Assembly (NCBI GenBank): GCA_019057475.1
Contig: DXJO01000008.1
Span: 64,001-128,000 of the forward strand
From: Candidatus Thorarchaeota archaeon
GTDB taxonomy: Archaea; Asgardarchaeota; Thorarchaeia; Thorarchaeales; Thorarchaeaceae
DNA length: 64,000 bases
Direction: 5' to 3'
The notes below the pieces were generated by a model. The model was not told the origin of the DNA, ran no database searches, and saw only the letters and a program-made list of their open reading frames with translations. Position numbers and translations under genes: made by a program. Shown in pieces: positions 40,895 to 50,707 of this stretch. Each line of letters starts with the position of its first letter. Position 1 is the stretch's first letter.

Positions 40895-41530
40895 TTACTG
40901 TGCCAGTTCTCCGATGAACTGCTTGGCAACTGCGACCGCACTGGTGGCATCCTTGCCAAACGCGTCAGCACCCGTGTAGTCAACGGTTTCTTGGTTGGTG
41001 TTTCCTCCGCCTATCATAACCTTGACATCGTTCCTGATTCCAGCTGTTCTAAGGGCCTCGATTGTTATCTTCATTGAGTCATGAGCCACAGTAATGAGTC
41101 CACTGAGCGCGAGAATCCGTGCACCGGTTTCATTCAGTTTCTCAATGAACTTCTCAGAAGGCACGTTTTCACCAAGATCATGGACCTCGAAACCGTTGGA
41201 CTTCAAAAAGGCAATAACCAGGTTCTTGCCAACATCATGCACATCGCCCTTTACAGTTCCAATCACGATTTTCCCTATTGCGCTCCCTTTCTGTTTCTCA
41301 AGCAGCTTGGGTTCCACGAATGTCATGGCTTTCTTGAACAGCTCTGCTGACAGGATGAGCTCTACAAGGAAATACTCGTTATTGGCAAACCTTGCTCCAA
41401 CGATATCCATTCCTTGCCTTAGCCAATCTAGTATTTGTGCTGGGTCAGTGCCCGCGTCCAGCTGTTCCTTGACAATGTCTAGGAGCTTCTCCTCTTCTAG
41501 ATCGCCCACGGCATCAATGAGGTTTTTCAT
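40895..41530 (-). CDS. Methyltransferase cognate corrinoid (B12-binding) protein
   Basis: Helical cap plus GDVHDVGKN (DxHxxG), LSGL, MIGGG. Confidence 0.92.
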   Translation of the reverse strand: MKNLIDAVGDLEEEKLLDIVKEQLDAGTDPAQILDWLRQGMDIVGARFANNEYFLVELILSAELFKKAMTFVEPKLLEKQKGSAIGKIVIGTVKGDVHDVGKNLVIAFLKSNGFEVHDLGENVPSEKFIEKLNETGARILALSGLITVAHDSMKITIEALRTAGIRNDVKVMIGGGNTNQETVDYTGADAFGKDATSAVAVAKQFIGELAQ

Positions 41531-41589
41531 CGTGATTCACTCACAGGTTTCCCTCGAATCGAGCCCCCGCATAAATATGTCCCGAAAAG

Positions 41590-43203
41590 TCAGTCGTGGA
41601 CTGATTCAAGTATGGTTGCTTGAGCGAAAATATCAGCGAAGTTGTCGTGAGTAGCAAGCTCGTAGTAGTTTATCTTCCTTCTCAATTGCTCAATCACCCC
41701 GCGGCTTCTCCTGGATACCAGTAACCTCTTTGCTCCTTCTCCTGCGGCGTTACCCACCGCGATAATCCTCTCAAGGTCGACCGGGGGAAAGAGGCTAATC
41801 CGCAGCGCGCTAGACGGGTCGATGTAGTTCCCGAATGCTCCCGCGAGATAAATCGCCTTGATGTCCTCAGTACGGACATTCGCAACCTGCATCAAAATTT
41901 GGGTTCCTGCTAGAATGGCTCCCTTTGCTAGTTGAACCTGTCGAACATCTCTCTGCGTAAACATGATTCTGCTCTTAGATGCGTGTTCTCCAGCACCTAC
42001 GACGAGATAGGCTAGCCCCGCTTTGGTGTCATCCACTACCCTTGCTGATGCTTTCATCCTCCCACCAGCATCAACTAGTCCGTTTCTCAGCAGTTCTGCT
42101 ACGGTATCCACAATGGCAGAGCCGCACAGTCCTCTAGGTGCACCGCCGCCAATCACTGAGATTTCAGGGGCATCGTCAATCTCTCGAATTGTTAAGTGCT
42201 CAATCGCACCATCTTGGCCTCTCATGCCGTGACTGATTGTCGCTCCTTCGAAAGCGGACCCAGCAGCTGCGGAGCAACAGAACAATTCGCCTCTCTTAGA
42301 AAGCACGATTTCACCATTCGTTCCTATATCGATGCCGAGGACGACATCATCAGCAAGGTCTAATCTTTGGGACAGAATGAAAGCAAGTGTATCGCTTCCG
42401 ACAAAACCCGCTACGTTCGGGGCGAAGTATACCTCTGCGTCCGGAGTGGATTTGAGGCCGATTTTTCTCCCATTGCTTGTGAACGCATCCCGCATCTGCG
42501 GCTCATAGGGGGCTAGGCCCAATGATGAGGTATCTAGACCCAAAGCGAGATGATGCATTGCCGTGTTGCCTACCACGACCAATCTCGATAGCTTGTTTGA
42601 GGGCACTCCAGACTCATTGCAGAGCATAGTACTTAGTTCGTCAATCTTATCCAGTACTCTCTGCTTAAGGAGGGTTCTGCCTTTCTCATCTTTCATAGCG
42701 TACGCTATTCGTGACATCACATCTTCGCCGAATATGACCTGAGGGTTGAGGTCCGCAGAGTTCGCAATCTGGTTGCCTTTGCTCAGGTCAAGCAGATATG
42801 CAACTATTGTTGTGGTTCCTAAGTCGACCGCGATGCCAAATTCTCCTTCATGTCCTTCATCCAGAGCGAAATCGCTTGTTGAAGAGACCCCACTTGCTAG
42901 TATTTTAGCAGCAGTGGATGTGTGAGGAATGACTGCCCTTGTGTCAAAACTGATTCGATGCTGACAGGCAAGTCGCACACCCACGTCGATGTCATGTTCT
43001 CCAATGAGTTGGGTTTCCACACGTGTGGGGGCAGTTGCAGGGTTGAGTATGATACGACATTTCCCGCACGTTCCTCGGCCTCCGCACTCCGAGGAAACTT
43101 GGAGTCCTACCATCCGTATCGCTTCGAGAATTGTAGTCTGCTCGCCTATGGCTATGCGAAGTCCCGATGGTTCAAGGATAAGGACGTGCTCTCGCAAGTG
43201 CAT
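41590..43203 (-). CDS. Reductive activator of corrinoid proteins (RACo/AcsV-type; 2Fe-2S plus ASKHA ATPase)
   Basis: CGGRGTCGKC...RLACQ, DLGTTT, DIGTNGE, GLCGS, AGAFG. Confidence 0.9.
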   Translation of the reverse strand: MHLREHVLILEPSGLRIAIGEQTTILEAIRMVGLQVSSECGGRGTCGKCRIILNPATAPTRVETQLIGEHDIDVGVRLACQHRISFDTRAVIPHTSTAAKILASGVSSTSDFALDEGHEGEFGIAVDLGTTTIVAYLLDLSKGNQIANSADLNPQVIFGEDVMSRIAYAMKDEKGRTLLKQRVLDKIDELSTMLCNESGVPSNKLSRLVVVGNTAMHHLALGLDTSSLGLAPYEPQMRDAFTSNGRKIGLKSTPDAEVYFAPNVAGFVGSDTLAFILSQRLDLADDVVLGIDIGTNGEIVLSKRGELFCCSAAAGSAFEGATISHGMRGQDGAIEHLTIREIDDAPEISVIGGGAPRGLCGSAIVDTVAELLRNGLVDAGGRMKASARVVDDTKAGLAYLVVGAGEHASKSRIMFTQRDVRQVQLAKGAILAGTQILMQVANVRTEDIKAIYLAGAFGNYIDPSSALRISLFPPVDLERIIAVGNAAGEGAKRLLVSRRSRGVIEQLRRKINYYELATHDNFADIFAQATILESVHD

Positions 43204-43208
43204 GACTC

Positions 43209-44159
43209 CTAAGCGATTCGATACCGTGGATGCTGGCGGTCCACGCGCGTTCTTGTTTCAAGCAGCACTCCTGATAGGGCAACGTCAATCATCGCCACTG
43301 ATGGGAACACAATGGGTGCATGTTTGATAGGTCCATAGAGCACAAAGTCGGCTCCAAGTGTTACTGGCATTAAACTCGATCCTACAAGAGCTGGTTTCTT
43401 TGCATCTTTCCCAAATTTCGGAACCAAGCCCCTCCAAGTGTTCACAGCATTATGTGCACCGCATCCCACCGGCACGCCGAACTTGTCCTTTATCATATGC
43501 TGCGCTTTGCATGCAAGGCCAAGTGTCAACAGATCGATGACTCCCGTATCGATGATAACATTCTCAATTCCTGCCTTGGTTGTTTTGTCTAGGAGCATTT
43601 CCGCGAGATCCAACCGCTTCGTAGCTGATGCCATCGCGGCGTTAGAGAAGGTCAGTCCCACTGCATGCTTCACGCCAAGTTCATGGAACGATTCCAACGC
43701 TTCCATGCTTGTGTCTGGTGTAATGGAATTCAGCATCACTCTGTCTAGGAATCCACCTTCGCGAGCCGCTTGGACCCCTGCAAGATTTACTTCTTCAGAA
43801 CCGGACCCGTCAACCAGCAGAGGCATATCTGTGACGTCTACAAGGTGCAGCAGATGCTTCTCAATCGCTTTGGGGGACTCTGCGACGACATCGAGCATGC
43901 TTGGCAGTCCAGTAGCACTGGACGCGTCCACTAACGCATTCAGCAGCGCTTCTGCACTGGGCACATCAATAGTGCCCTCTTTCGCATTCTTGACAAGTTT
44001 ATCTCCCGAGTGGAAGATGGAGCCTATGAGAACGGTGGGGTTGATGCCAGGCTTTCCTCCTATCCTCATGTTGTCAATCTCAAGAACTCTTTGCTCTGCT
44101 GTGTATTCAAACATCTGATCAGCACCCAAGGCTGCACGCTGGCTCATAGCTGCCTTCAA
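43209..44159 (-). CDS. mtrH: Tetrahydromethanopterin S-methyltransferase subunit H family (methyl-pterin:corrinoid methyltransferase)
   Basis: IGG.PG..PTVLIGSIF, GCGAHNA, GADFVLYGPI. Confidence 0.85.
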   Translation of the reverse strand: MKAAMSQRAALGADQMFEYTAEQRVLEIDNMRIGGKPGINPTVLIGSIFHSGDKLVKNAKEGTIDVPSAEALLNALVDASSATGLPSMLDVVAESPKAIEKHLLHLVDVTDMPLLVDGSGSEEVNLAGVQAAREGGFLDRVMLNSITPDTSMEALESFHELGVKHAVGLTFSNAAMASATKRLDLAEMLLDKTTKAGIENVIIDTGVIDLLTLGLACKAQHMIKDKFGVPVGCGAHNAVNTWRGLVPKFGKDAKKPALVGSSLMPVTLGADFVLYGPIKHAPIVFPSVAMIDVALSGVLLETRTRVDRQHPRYRIA

Positions 44160-44264
44160 GTTCTGACGGTATCTCCGCTCAATAACCTTTTGCGAAGTAG
44201 AGCTAGGCGCTATGGATAGGTATCATCGCAAGTACCCATGCATTAATCAGACGAATTTCCGACG

Positions 44265-45647
44265 GTGCCATCACTAAAAGGATGGGTCCTCGTGCTGGCG
44301 GTAAAAGAGTCATGCAATCCTTCCGAGTGCAACCTGGAGTGCGTTGAAGCGTGTCAAGGTGTACAGGGAGACGGTGCGCCCCTTACGATATCGAAAGAAA
44401 CAGGCCATCCAAGCATTCGTTATGGCGGGTGTACGGCATGCCTGTTGTGCGTGCGAGCATGCCCTCTCAATGCAATTGAAATCGAGGGATCCACTGCCGG
44501 TGCTGCTCGCGCAATGAAACGTAGGAACCGCACCAAGCCGAAGCCAGCCGCCAAACAGGCCTATGAGGTGACTGATGATTTCGCCAGGTTCTCCGAGGCA
44601 GATATGATATTTGCCAGGGCATGGAATGATCCAGAATTCAAGCACTATAAGAGGAGCGAATGGGATGGGGCAAAGGCTGCGATGCAAAGTGGTCTTCCTG
44701 GGTATAGCCGAGCCTACTACGAGCTGGCGCGGGCTGGATGGGAGCTGTACAATCATCGGACATCTATGATGAACCCCTTGGCTGATCTTGAGGGAGATGG
44801 CTCGAGTTTTGCAAATGAACGCACATTCGACTCCGACTTGCTTACGAGGATGATGAAGAAGGCAGCTCATTTCTTTGGAGCTAGTCTTGTTGGGATTGCA
44901 TCTCTAGACCATCGGTGGTTGTATTCTGCCAGTCGTAGAGGTGTAGAGTACTCCATACCTGACAGCATAGATCACGCAGTCGTCATGGCAATTGCAATGG
45001 ATTACGACGCCATAGCAACCTCACCGACATTCATCAGCTCGGCTGCGACTGCTCTTGGGTACTCCACAATGGCATTCGTTGAAATCGAGCTGGCTGCCTT
45101 CATTCGCAGGCTTGGATATCGAGCGATACCCTGCGGGAATGATATCGCTCTGAGTGTGCCTTTAGCTATTGATGCAGGTCTCGGACAATACGGACGGCAT
45201 GGTCTTCTGATTACAAAGGAGTTCGGTTCACGAGTGCGTATTGCCAAGGTGCTAACGGACATGCCCCTTCTTCCAGATAGTCCTGACTTGGACTTCTACA
45301 ACTCCGTGACTCGTTTCTGCGAAGTATGTGAGAAATGCGCAGAGCACTGTCCCAGTCAATCCATCCCTTATGGAAGAGAACGCACTTGGCATGGTGAGTG
45401 CAGGTCCAATAACCCCGGTGTCAAGAAGTGGTACGTGGATGTGGAGTCATGCTATGGTTTCTGGGTGCAGAATGGCGCTGAGTGTTCGAACTGCATCCGA
45501 AGCTGTCCTTACGACAAACGCGATGGGCCTGCACTCAGGATTCTTCTCTGGCTTACGCGTCATATGCCTAGGCTCAACTCCCTGGTTGTGAAATTGGACG
45601 ATTTGCTAGGCTACGGAAAGCAGCGTCTTCCGAAAGATATGCTCTAA
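44265..45647 (+). CDS. rdhA: Reductive dehalogenase family protein with N-terminal RLI-like 2x[4Fe-4S] domain
   Basis: KKAAHFFGASLVGI, AIDAGLGQYGRHG, FCEVCEKCAEHCP, CSNCIRSCP; N-terminal CNPSECNLECVEAC and CTACLLCVRACP. Confidence 0.85.
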   Translation: MPSLKGWVLVLAVKESCNPSECNLECVEACQGVQGDGAPLTISKETGHPSIRYGGCTACLLCVRACPLNAIEIEGSTAGAARAMKRRNRTKPKPAAKQAYEVTDDFARFSEADMIFARAWNDPEFKHYKRSEWDGAKAAMQSGLPGYSRAYYELARAGWELYNHRTSMMNPLADLEGDGSSFANERTFDSDLLTRMMKKAAHFFGASLVGIASLDHRWLYSASRRGVEYSIPDSIDHAVVMAIAMDYDAIATSPTFISSAATALGYSTMAFVEIELAAFIRRLGYRAIPCGNDIALSVPLAIDAGLGQYGRHGLLITKEFGSRVRIAKVLTDMPLLPDSPDLDFYNSVTRFCEVCEKCAEHCPSQSIPYGRERTWHGECRSNNPGVKKWYVDVESCYGFWVQNGAECSNCIRSCPYDKRDGPALRILLWLTRHMPRLNSLVVKLDDLLGYGKQRLPKDML

Positions 45648-45648
45648 A

Positions 45649-45957
45649 CTACTTGGTGCTTCTAGAGATTCTTTGGTAAAGGCCCTCAAAGAAATCTCCC
45701 TTGCGAATCTTACCCTTGTTGATTGCAAAGAAGTTTGTCTTTATGCGATATAGCTTTGGCTTGAGATTGTCGTAATTCCGAATTCCCCTTCCGTCAATGC
45801 TATCGTCAAAAATCTTGGTGACGTACTCTGGGAAGTTATCGATGTACTGGCATTGATTGAGCTGGATATGGAACAGGGTGCTTCGTAGTATCTCTGCTCG
45901 ACTAATATTCCGCGTTGCCATTGCTTGGTCCCACCGTATTATCGATGGTGCTGCCAA
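45649..45957 (-). CDS. Small hypothetical ORF or gene fragment
   Basis: Lys/Ile-rich 102-aa ORF in the gap between two + strand genes; no motif. Confidence 0.3.
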   Translation of the reverse strand: MAAPSIIRWDQAMATRNISRAEILRSTLFHIQLNQCQYIDNFPEYVTKIFDDSIDGRGIRNYDNLKPKLYRIKTNFFAINKGKIRKGDFFEGLYQRISRSTK

Positions 45958-46049
45958 TTAAGAGTTCTAGTAAGACAAACCGCCTTCGAGCATTGGCATA
46001 CGGTTATCAGGCACGAATAGTCACCGGTTCGTGGAAGCGTGGCAGAAAC

Positions 46050-46745
46050 ATGCGGATTGCATCCATCATTGATATCAGTCTTGTAGATGTGCCCAAGATT
46101 CCAGTAACGGTGATATTCACAGCAGGATGCAATTTCGACTGCTCATACTGTCAAAACGCTGAACTCATTCCGCTCTCATCAGGCGAGAGCATGGCGATAC
46201 CTGATATTGTAGCTCATGCACGCGGTCATCTTGTAGATGGTTATTGTGTAACTGGTGGGGAACCCACAATACACAAGGATCTCCCGGAGTTGTTGAAAGC
46301 CCTCAAAGAAGACTGCGACGGTCACATCAATCTCAATACGCAGGGGTCAGTTCCGTCCGTGCTAGAGAGGTCTCTACCCTATATTGACTCGGTCTGGTTT
46401 GACATGAAGGCAAGCCCTACTCGATATGTAGAAACCGCAAGAACATCTTCCGATCCATGGCCGAGGGTCCAGCAGAGTCTAGAGATGCTCCTAGATTCTG
46501 AGGTTCTTTTTTGGCCTCGCACAACGTATGTTGGAAACCTAACAACACCTGACGACATAAAGGCGATTCTTGCAAAATTGCATGAACTTGGATTCAGAGG
46601 TGAGTATCTAGTTCAGAATTACATCGATTCGGCAGGCACGCGAGATGAAGAGGTAGCAGCCTTTGAGAAACCGAATCGTGAGGAGATTGAACCGCTGCTT
46701 TCTAGCCTTCCCTCTGGAATTTCGATGCGGCTTGAGTGGAGATGA
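46050..46745 (+). CDS. Radical SAM glycyl-radical activating enzyme (NrdG-like)
   Basis: GCNFDCSYCQN (CxxxCxxC), TGGEPT, DMK, RTT. Confidence 0.85.
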   Translation: MRIASIIDISLVDVPKIPVTVIFTAGCNFDCSYCQNAELIPLSSGESMAIPDIVAHARGHLVDGYCVTGGEPTIHKDLPELLKALKEDCDGHINLNTQGSVPSVLERSLPYIDSVWFDMKASPTRYVETARTSSDPWPRVQQSLEMLLDSEVLFWPRTTYVGNLTTPDDIKAILAKLHELGFRGEYLVQNYIDSAGTRDEEVAAFEKPNREEIEPLLSSLPSGISMRLEWR

Positions 46746-46896
46746 ATCACATAGAATCGAAGACCAGCCGCTAAGATGGGTGGTCGCTGCGCTCGCACGA
46801 TTCAGACACAGAAATACGCTTATATACGCCGAAGGCCGTGCTCAAATTCGACCTCACCTCTTTGGTGGTTGGTCATTACAGGAGTGTCTTTGAAGC

Positions 46897-47634
46897 ATGT
46901 TCCCGACACAGTCACTAGGCTACGACCGTGCAATTACAGTATTCAGTCCCGAAGGACGCCTATACCAAGTTGAATACGCTACAGAAGCAGTCCGTCACGG
47001 GCCGCTTGCAGTTGGTGTAAAGGCTACTGATGGTGTTGTCTTGGTTGGTGAGAAGCGTTCTCCGCACCCCCTGGTTGATTTGACCACATTGAAGAAACTC
47101 CTTCTTATCGACGATCATGTTGGAACGGCAATTGCAGGGCTGCATGCTGATGCTAGGAAGCTCATTGATCAGGCTAGAGTTCAGGCACAAATCAATAGAC
47201 TCAGTTATGACGAACCGGTGTCGATACAATCACTAGTTGTTAATGTCTGTGACACTAAACAGCTTCATACACAATATGGTGGAGTCCGACCATTCGGAGT
47301 GGCACTTCTGGTCGCTGGCGTAGATGACCTCGGCCCCCAGCTATTCAGCACTGATCCTTCTGGATCCTACTGGGGTTGGAAGGCAACCGCAATAGGCAAG
47401 GATTCGGACGTGGTACGTGAGTTCTTCGCTGAGAAGTACAAACCAGACATCAATCTAGATGGTGCACTCAAGTTGGCAATAGAAGGCGTCCTCACGCCTG
47501 GCAGCGACAAGACTGTATCTGACCCAGCTGAGAAGGCAAAGACCATAGAGATTGGTCGGGTTGACACCACTAAGCGTGAATTCAAGATATTGCCGCAAGA
47601 TGAGGTCGAGGCCATTCTCGCAGCTTTCGCTTAG
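46897..47634 (+). CDS. psmA: Proteasome subunit alpha
   Basis: YDRAITVFSPEGRLYQVEYA, RPFGV, DPSG. Confidence 0.96.
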   Translation: MFPTQSLGYDRAITVFSPEGRLYQVEYATEAVRHGPLAVGVKATDGVVLVGEKRSPHPLVDLTTLKKLLLIDDHVGTAIAGLHADARKLIDQARVQAQINRLSYDEPVSIQSLVVNVCDTKQLHTQYGGVRPFGVALLVAGVDDLGPQLFSTDPSGSYWGWKATAIGKDSDVVREFFAEKYKPDINLDGALKLAIEGVLTPGSDKTVSDPAEKAKTIEIGRVDTTKREFKILPQDEVEAILAAFA

Positions 47635-47666
47635 CTTGACCGTTCCGCACTCAAGTTTGACAGGAA

Positions 47667-48542
47667 CTAAGTGCCTTTTGATTTCTTCACCAGTAGATCG
47701 ACAATCATCCCAGCTATATCGAGATTTGTGACCCTTGACAATGCACTCCAGGATGGCGAAGCATTGGCTTCTATAACACAAGGGCCATCTTTTGATTCCA
47801 GGATGTCGACACCTGTATAGTCGAGCTTCAACACCTCTGCGGTCTTGATGGCACACTCTGTGTACTCGTCATCGAGTTCCACAGCTTCTGCCTCGGCTCC
47901 TCCGTGTATGTTGCTTCGCCACTCCCCCTTTGGCACATTGCGGTACATTGCAGCCACAAGCTGATTATCTATGACAAATGCTCTAATGTCGCGGTCAGGT
48001 TTCTCAATCATTTCTTGAACGTAGAGCACCTGTCCAAGCTGGTGAATAAATTTCAGTGCACGGTAGGTTAGTTCTTGGTTCTCCGCTCGAATCATGCCCA
48101 TGCCACGCGCTCCGATTAGAGGTTTGATGATTACATCCCCTACCTCCTCGGAGAATGCTGTAGCGGCCTCTAGGTTCTCACTCACATGCGTGCGTGGCAC
48201 TCTGATGCCCGCCTTGTGCAGGGCAGTAAGAGTGGCATACTTGTCCTTAGCGCGTCGGAACGAGTAGGCTGGATTCATCACGTAGATTCCGGCATCTTCG
48301 AGATGTTCAAGGAGGCTTATTCGGTATGTAATTTGATTGCCGGTGCCAAACCCAATGGTCCTCACGATGGCACCATCCAGTGTAAGGTCCTCTTCGAGGT
48401 GTACGAACCCATGAGGAATCTCAGCTGCAACGTCTAGTAGTCGAAAGGGTTTCACATCATGGCCTTTGGCTTTCATTGCATCAATCAGTCCTTTCGTAGC
48501 CCAGTTGTTGACGTTCTCGTGGTAGCTTATTCCGAACCGCAT
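47667..48542 (-). CDS. RimK-family ATP-grasp alpha-L-glutamate ligase (MptN/CofF-like)
   Basis: KDK, VPRT, IIKP..G..G.G, VQE, DIR, WRSNIHGG, GVD, IEAN. Confidence 0.88.
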   Translation of the reverse strand: MRFGISYHENVNNWATKGLIDAMKAKGHDVKPFRLLDVAAEIPHGFVHLEEDLTLDGAIVRTIGFGTGNQITYRISLLEHLEDAGIYVMNPAYSFRRAKDKYATLTALHKAGIRVPRTHVSENLEAATAFSEEVGDVIIKPLIGARGMGMIRAENQELTYRALKFIHQLGQVLYVQEMIEKPDRDIRAFVIDNQLVAAMYRNVPKGEWRSNIHGGAEAEAVELDDEYTECAIKTAEVLKLDYTGVDILESKDGPCVIEANASPSWSALSRVTNLDIAGMIVDLLVKKSKGT

Positions 48543-48671
48543 TCGAGCGTGGTCTCCCTTTGTTTCAGATGCACATTGCACTAGTAGCTTGGTCCATAAA
48601 AACCTGAATGCTTGCACCACAGGTGTAGCCCATGGAAAAAGCCTAAGTGAACATGCTGCTATCTGCAATCT

Positions 48672-49451
48672 ATGCCCCTCCCCGGACTCACCAAGGAACA
48701 GATGGTTGAGGTCGACCGCATCATGGTGAAAGAGCTCCATGTTCCCGTTGAATTGATGATGGAGCATGCGGGACTGAATCTAGCCCGGTTGGCCATTCGC
48801 CTTAGTGGGGTCAAGCCCATTGAGTATCTAGTTGTGGCGGGTTCGGGAAATAACGGGGGTGGGGGTCTCGCGGCAGCAAGGCGCTTACAAAACTGGAATC
48901 TTTCGGTAGAAGTGTGGCTGCCAAAAGGTGAAGACGCCCTCCGCTCGATACCTATGGAACAGCTAAACCGGGCAAAGGAAGCAGGCGTAACTATCTATGA
49001 AGGCGAACCGAAGGCGAGCAAAGGTCCTGAAGTCTGCATCTTGGACGCTTACGTTGGATATGGCTATTCTAGGAGGAATGACTCCGTGACTAGCGAAGTC
49101 TTCAGTTACTTGGCAGAACACTCCAACGTTATATCGCTGGATGCTCCGTCGGGACTGGATGTGACTACGGGAGTCAGCGAGAACGGACTGTCACCAAGAG
49201 CCACGCTGACACTGGCGTTCCCAAAGATTGGTCTCCTTCGTGCCCTTGAGAAAACATCAGATGCGCTCTATGTTGCGGATATCGGTGTTCCATCAAGCAT
49301 CTACAAAGATCGGCTTGGCATTGCGTGGAGTTCGCCATTTGATTTGGTGAGCCTCTCCAAGCTGGACCGAGCATTTGCAGAGGACGCTATCCAACAGGTT
49401 GAGATCAGTTACGTAGAGGCAGAAGGAGTCCATTTCTGGGATATCAAATGA
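48672..49451 (+). CDS. nnrE: NAD(P)H-hydrate epimerase (YjeF_N)
   Basis: LMMEHAG, GSGNNGG, SLDAPSG, TLTL..PK, VADIG. Confidence 0.88.
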   Translation: MPLPGLTKEQMVEVDRIMVKELHVPVELMMEHAGLNLARLAIRLSGVKPIEYLVVAGSGNNGGGGLAAARRLQNWNLSVEVWLPKGEDALRSIPMEQLNRAKEAGVTIYEGEPKASKGPEVCILDAYVGYGYSRRNDSVTSEVFSYLAEHSNVISLDAPSGLDVTTGVSENGLSPRATLTLAFPKIGLLRALEKTSDALYVADIGVPSSIYKDRLGIAWSSPFDLVSLSKLDRAFAEDAIQQVEISYVEAEGVHFWDIK

Positions 49452-49542
49452 TAAAGAAGTTTTAAGTGGTCCACTGGAGCCGAAGGCAAAACAGCAGAGA
49501 AGCGATTCTTGCATTGAACTGGAACGCTTTTGGTGAGCATCC

Positions 49543-50553
49543 TTGATCAACAAGATGACTGAGATATCTGACAAATTGGAGCGGCAGAGAAAGGACGATC
49601 CAAAGCTGCTTATCAAGATGCAGGTGGCCGCTCAGGGACAAGATCCTCGTTTCTTCATAGTTTCTCAAATCCATCGAAGCACTCAAGATCTGAAGCTTCT
49701 GGGTCTTGAACAAGGAGATGCCTTCCATGGCACTCGCGTTTCAGGCTGTCCGCTCCTCTCACCCAGCAAATCGCCAGTACTGTTTGCTGGACCTGCCGCC
49801 TTCAATGGAAATTTTCCCCAGAAAGATGGCGTTGTAATCACGTTTGATAGAGATGAACCACAAGAACGAATTCGCGAATCACTTGTCAATCTTACAGAAC
49901 ATCCGGACCTTTCTGAGATACCCATCATAGCTCTCAGTGTTGATTATGGTCAGGGCCATGCTCAAGCAATAGGTCACTCCTTTAATCGCAATAGAGATGT
50001 TGAGGAGATGTTCGTATCGAGGTGTGTTAGACCCGAAAGACTCGACGAGAGCGTCCTAGTGTTGTTATGCTCAGACTCGCGTGTTCATCCTCCTTTAACT
50101 CCCGTCGGAATACCCTACGCGATTCAAACTCTTGGAGCCTACGTTTCCAAGTACACTGGTGCAAATGACGAAACTATGCAGCTGAATGATTTCTTCTCAG
50201 ACTGGCTTTCCACAGACGCTAGTGAAAAACGAATTCTGATAGTTGAACATGGGGGATTCACCCAGAATGAACCGCCATGTGGTGCAGGGCAGGCATCCCT
50301 GAATCCAGACCAGGTGAAAGGAGAGTTTCTGCGCCCTGTGATTGAGCTACTCCGCCAAGAAGCACTTCGATTCGAAGATGGCATTCCCAAGACAGTCGAA
50401 GATAGAGTTCTTGCAATCGGCCAGGCCACTGAATACAATCTACGAAACTACCCTGCGATAGCCAGAGCGCAGGACGAAGGAGTTAGCATGGAATCGCTGT
50501 TTCAGATAGTGACAATGGACACTGTTACAGGCAAGCTCCGTGAGATTGGATAA
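49543..50553 (+). CDS. Beta-carbonic anhydrase-like protein with two tandem domains
   Basis: C-terminal half has LLCSDSRV and H-x9-CGA; N-terminal half has GQDP...GDAF without the Zn ligands. Confidence 0.55.
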   Translation: MINKMTEISDKLERQRKDDPKLLIKMQVAAQGQDPRFFIVSQIHRSTQDLKLLGLEQGDAFHGTRVSGCPLLSPSKSPVLFAGPAAFNGNFPQKDGVVITFDRDEPQERIRESLVNLTEHPDLSEIPIIALSVDYGQGHAQAIGHSFNRNRDVEEMFVSRCVRPERLDESVLVLLCSDSRVHPPLTPVGIPYAIQTLGAYVSKYTGANDETMQLNDFFSDWLSTDASEKRILIVEHGGFTQNEPPCGAGQASLNPDQVKGEFLRPVIELLRQEALRFEDGIPKTVEDRVLAIGQATEYNLRNYPAIARAQDEGVSMESLFQIVTMDTVTGKLREIG

Positions 50554-50623
50554 GGGCTTGTTGACATCATCACGCCTTCAAAGGTGACATACATACTATC
50601 ATACAATTGCAGGTCCAGAATGA
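50513..50623 (+). repeat. Direct repeat, left copy, flanking the inserted gene
   Basis: Matches 53844-53965 with 7 substitutions and one 11-nt indel. Confidence 0.92.
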
Positions 50624-50707
50624 TACTGGCATTCCCAAAGATTGGCCTCCTTCTAAGGTTACTACTTAATAGGAAATCAGATTCCTGAATTTGAATGCGG
50701 GAGGTTA

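Noticed and set aside
43438-44118. Long antisense ORFs (also 41094-41654, 44310-44870, 59542-60168, 62332-62814)
   Set aside because: Shadows of well-supported genes on the opposite strand; no motifs
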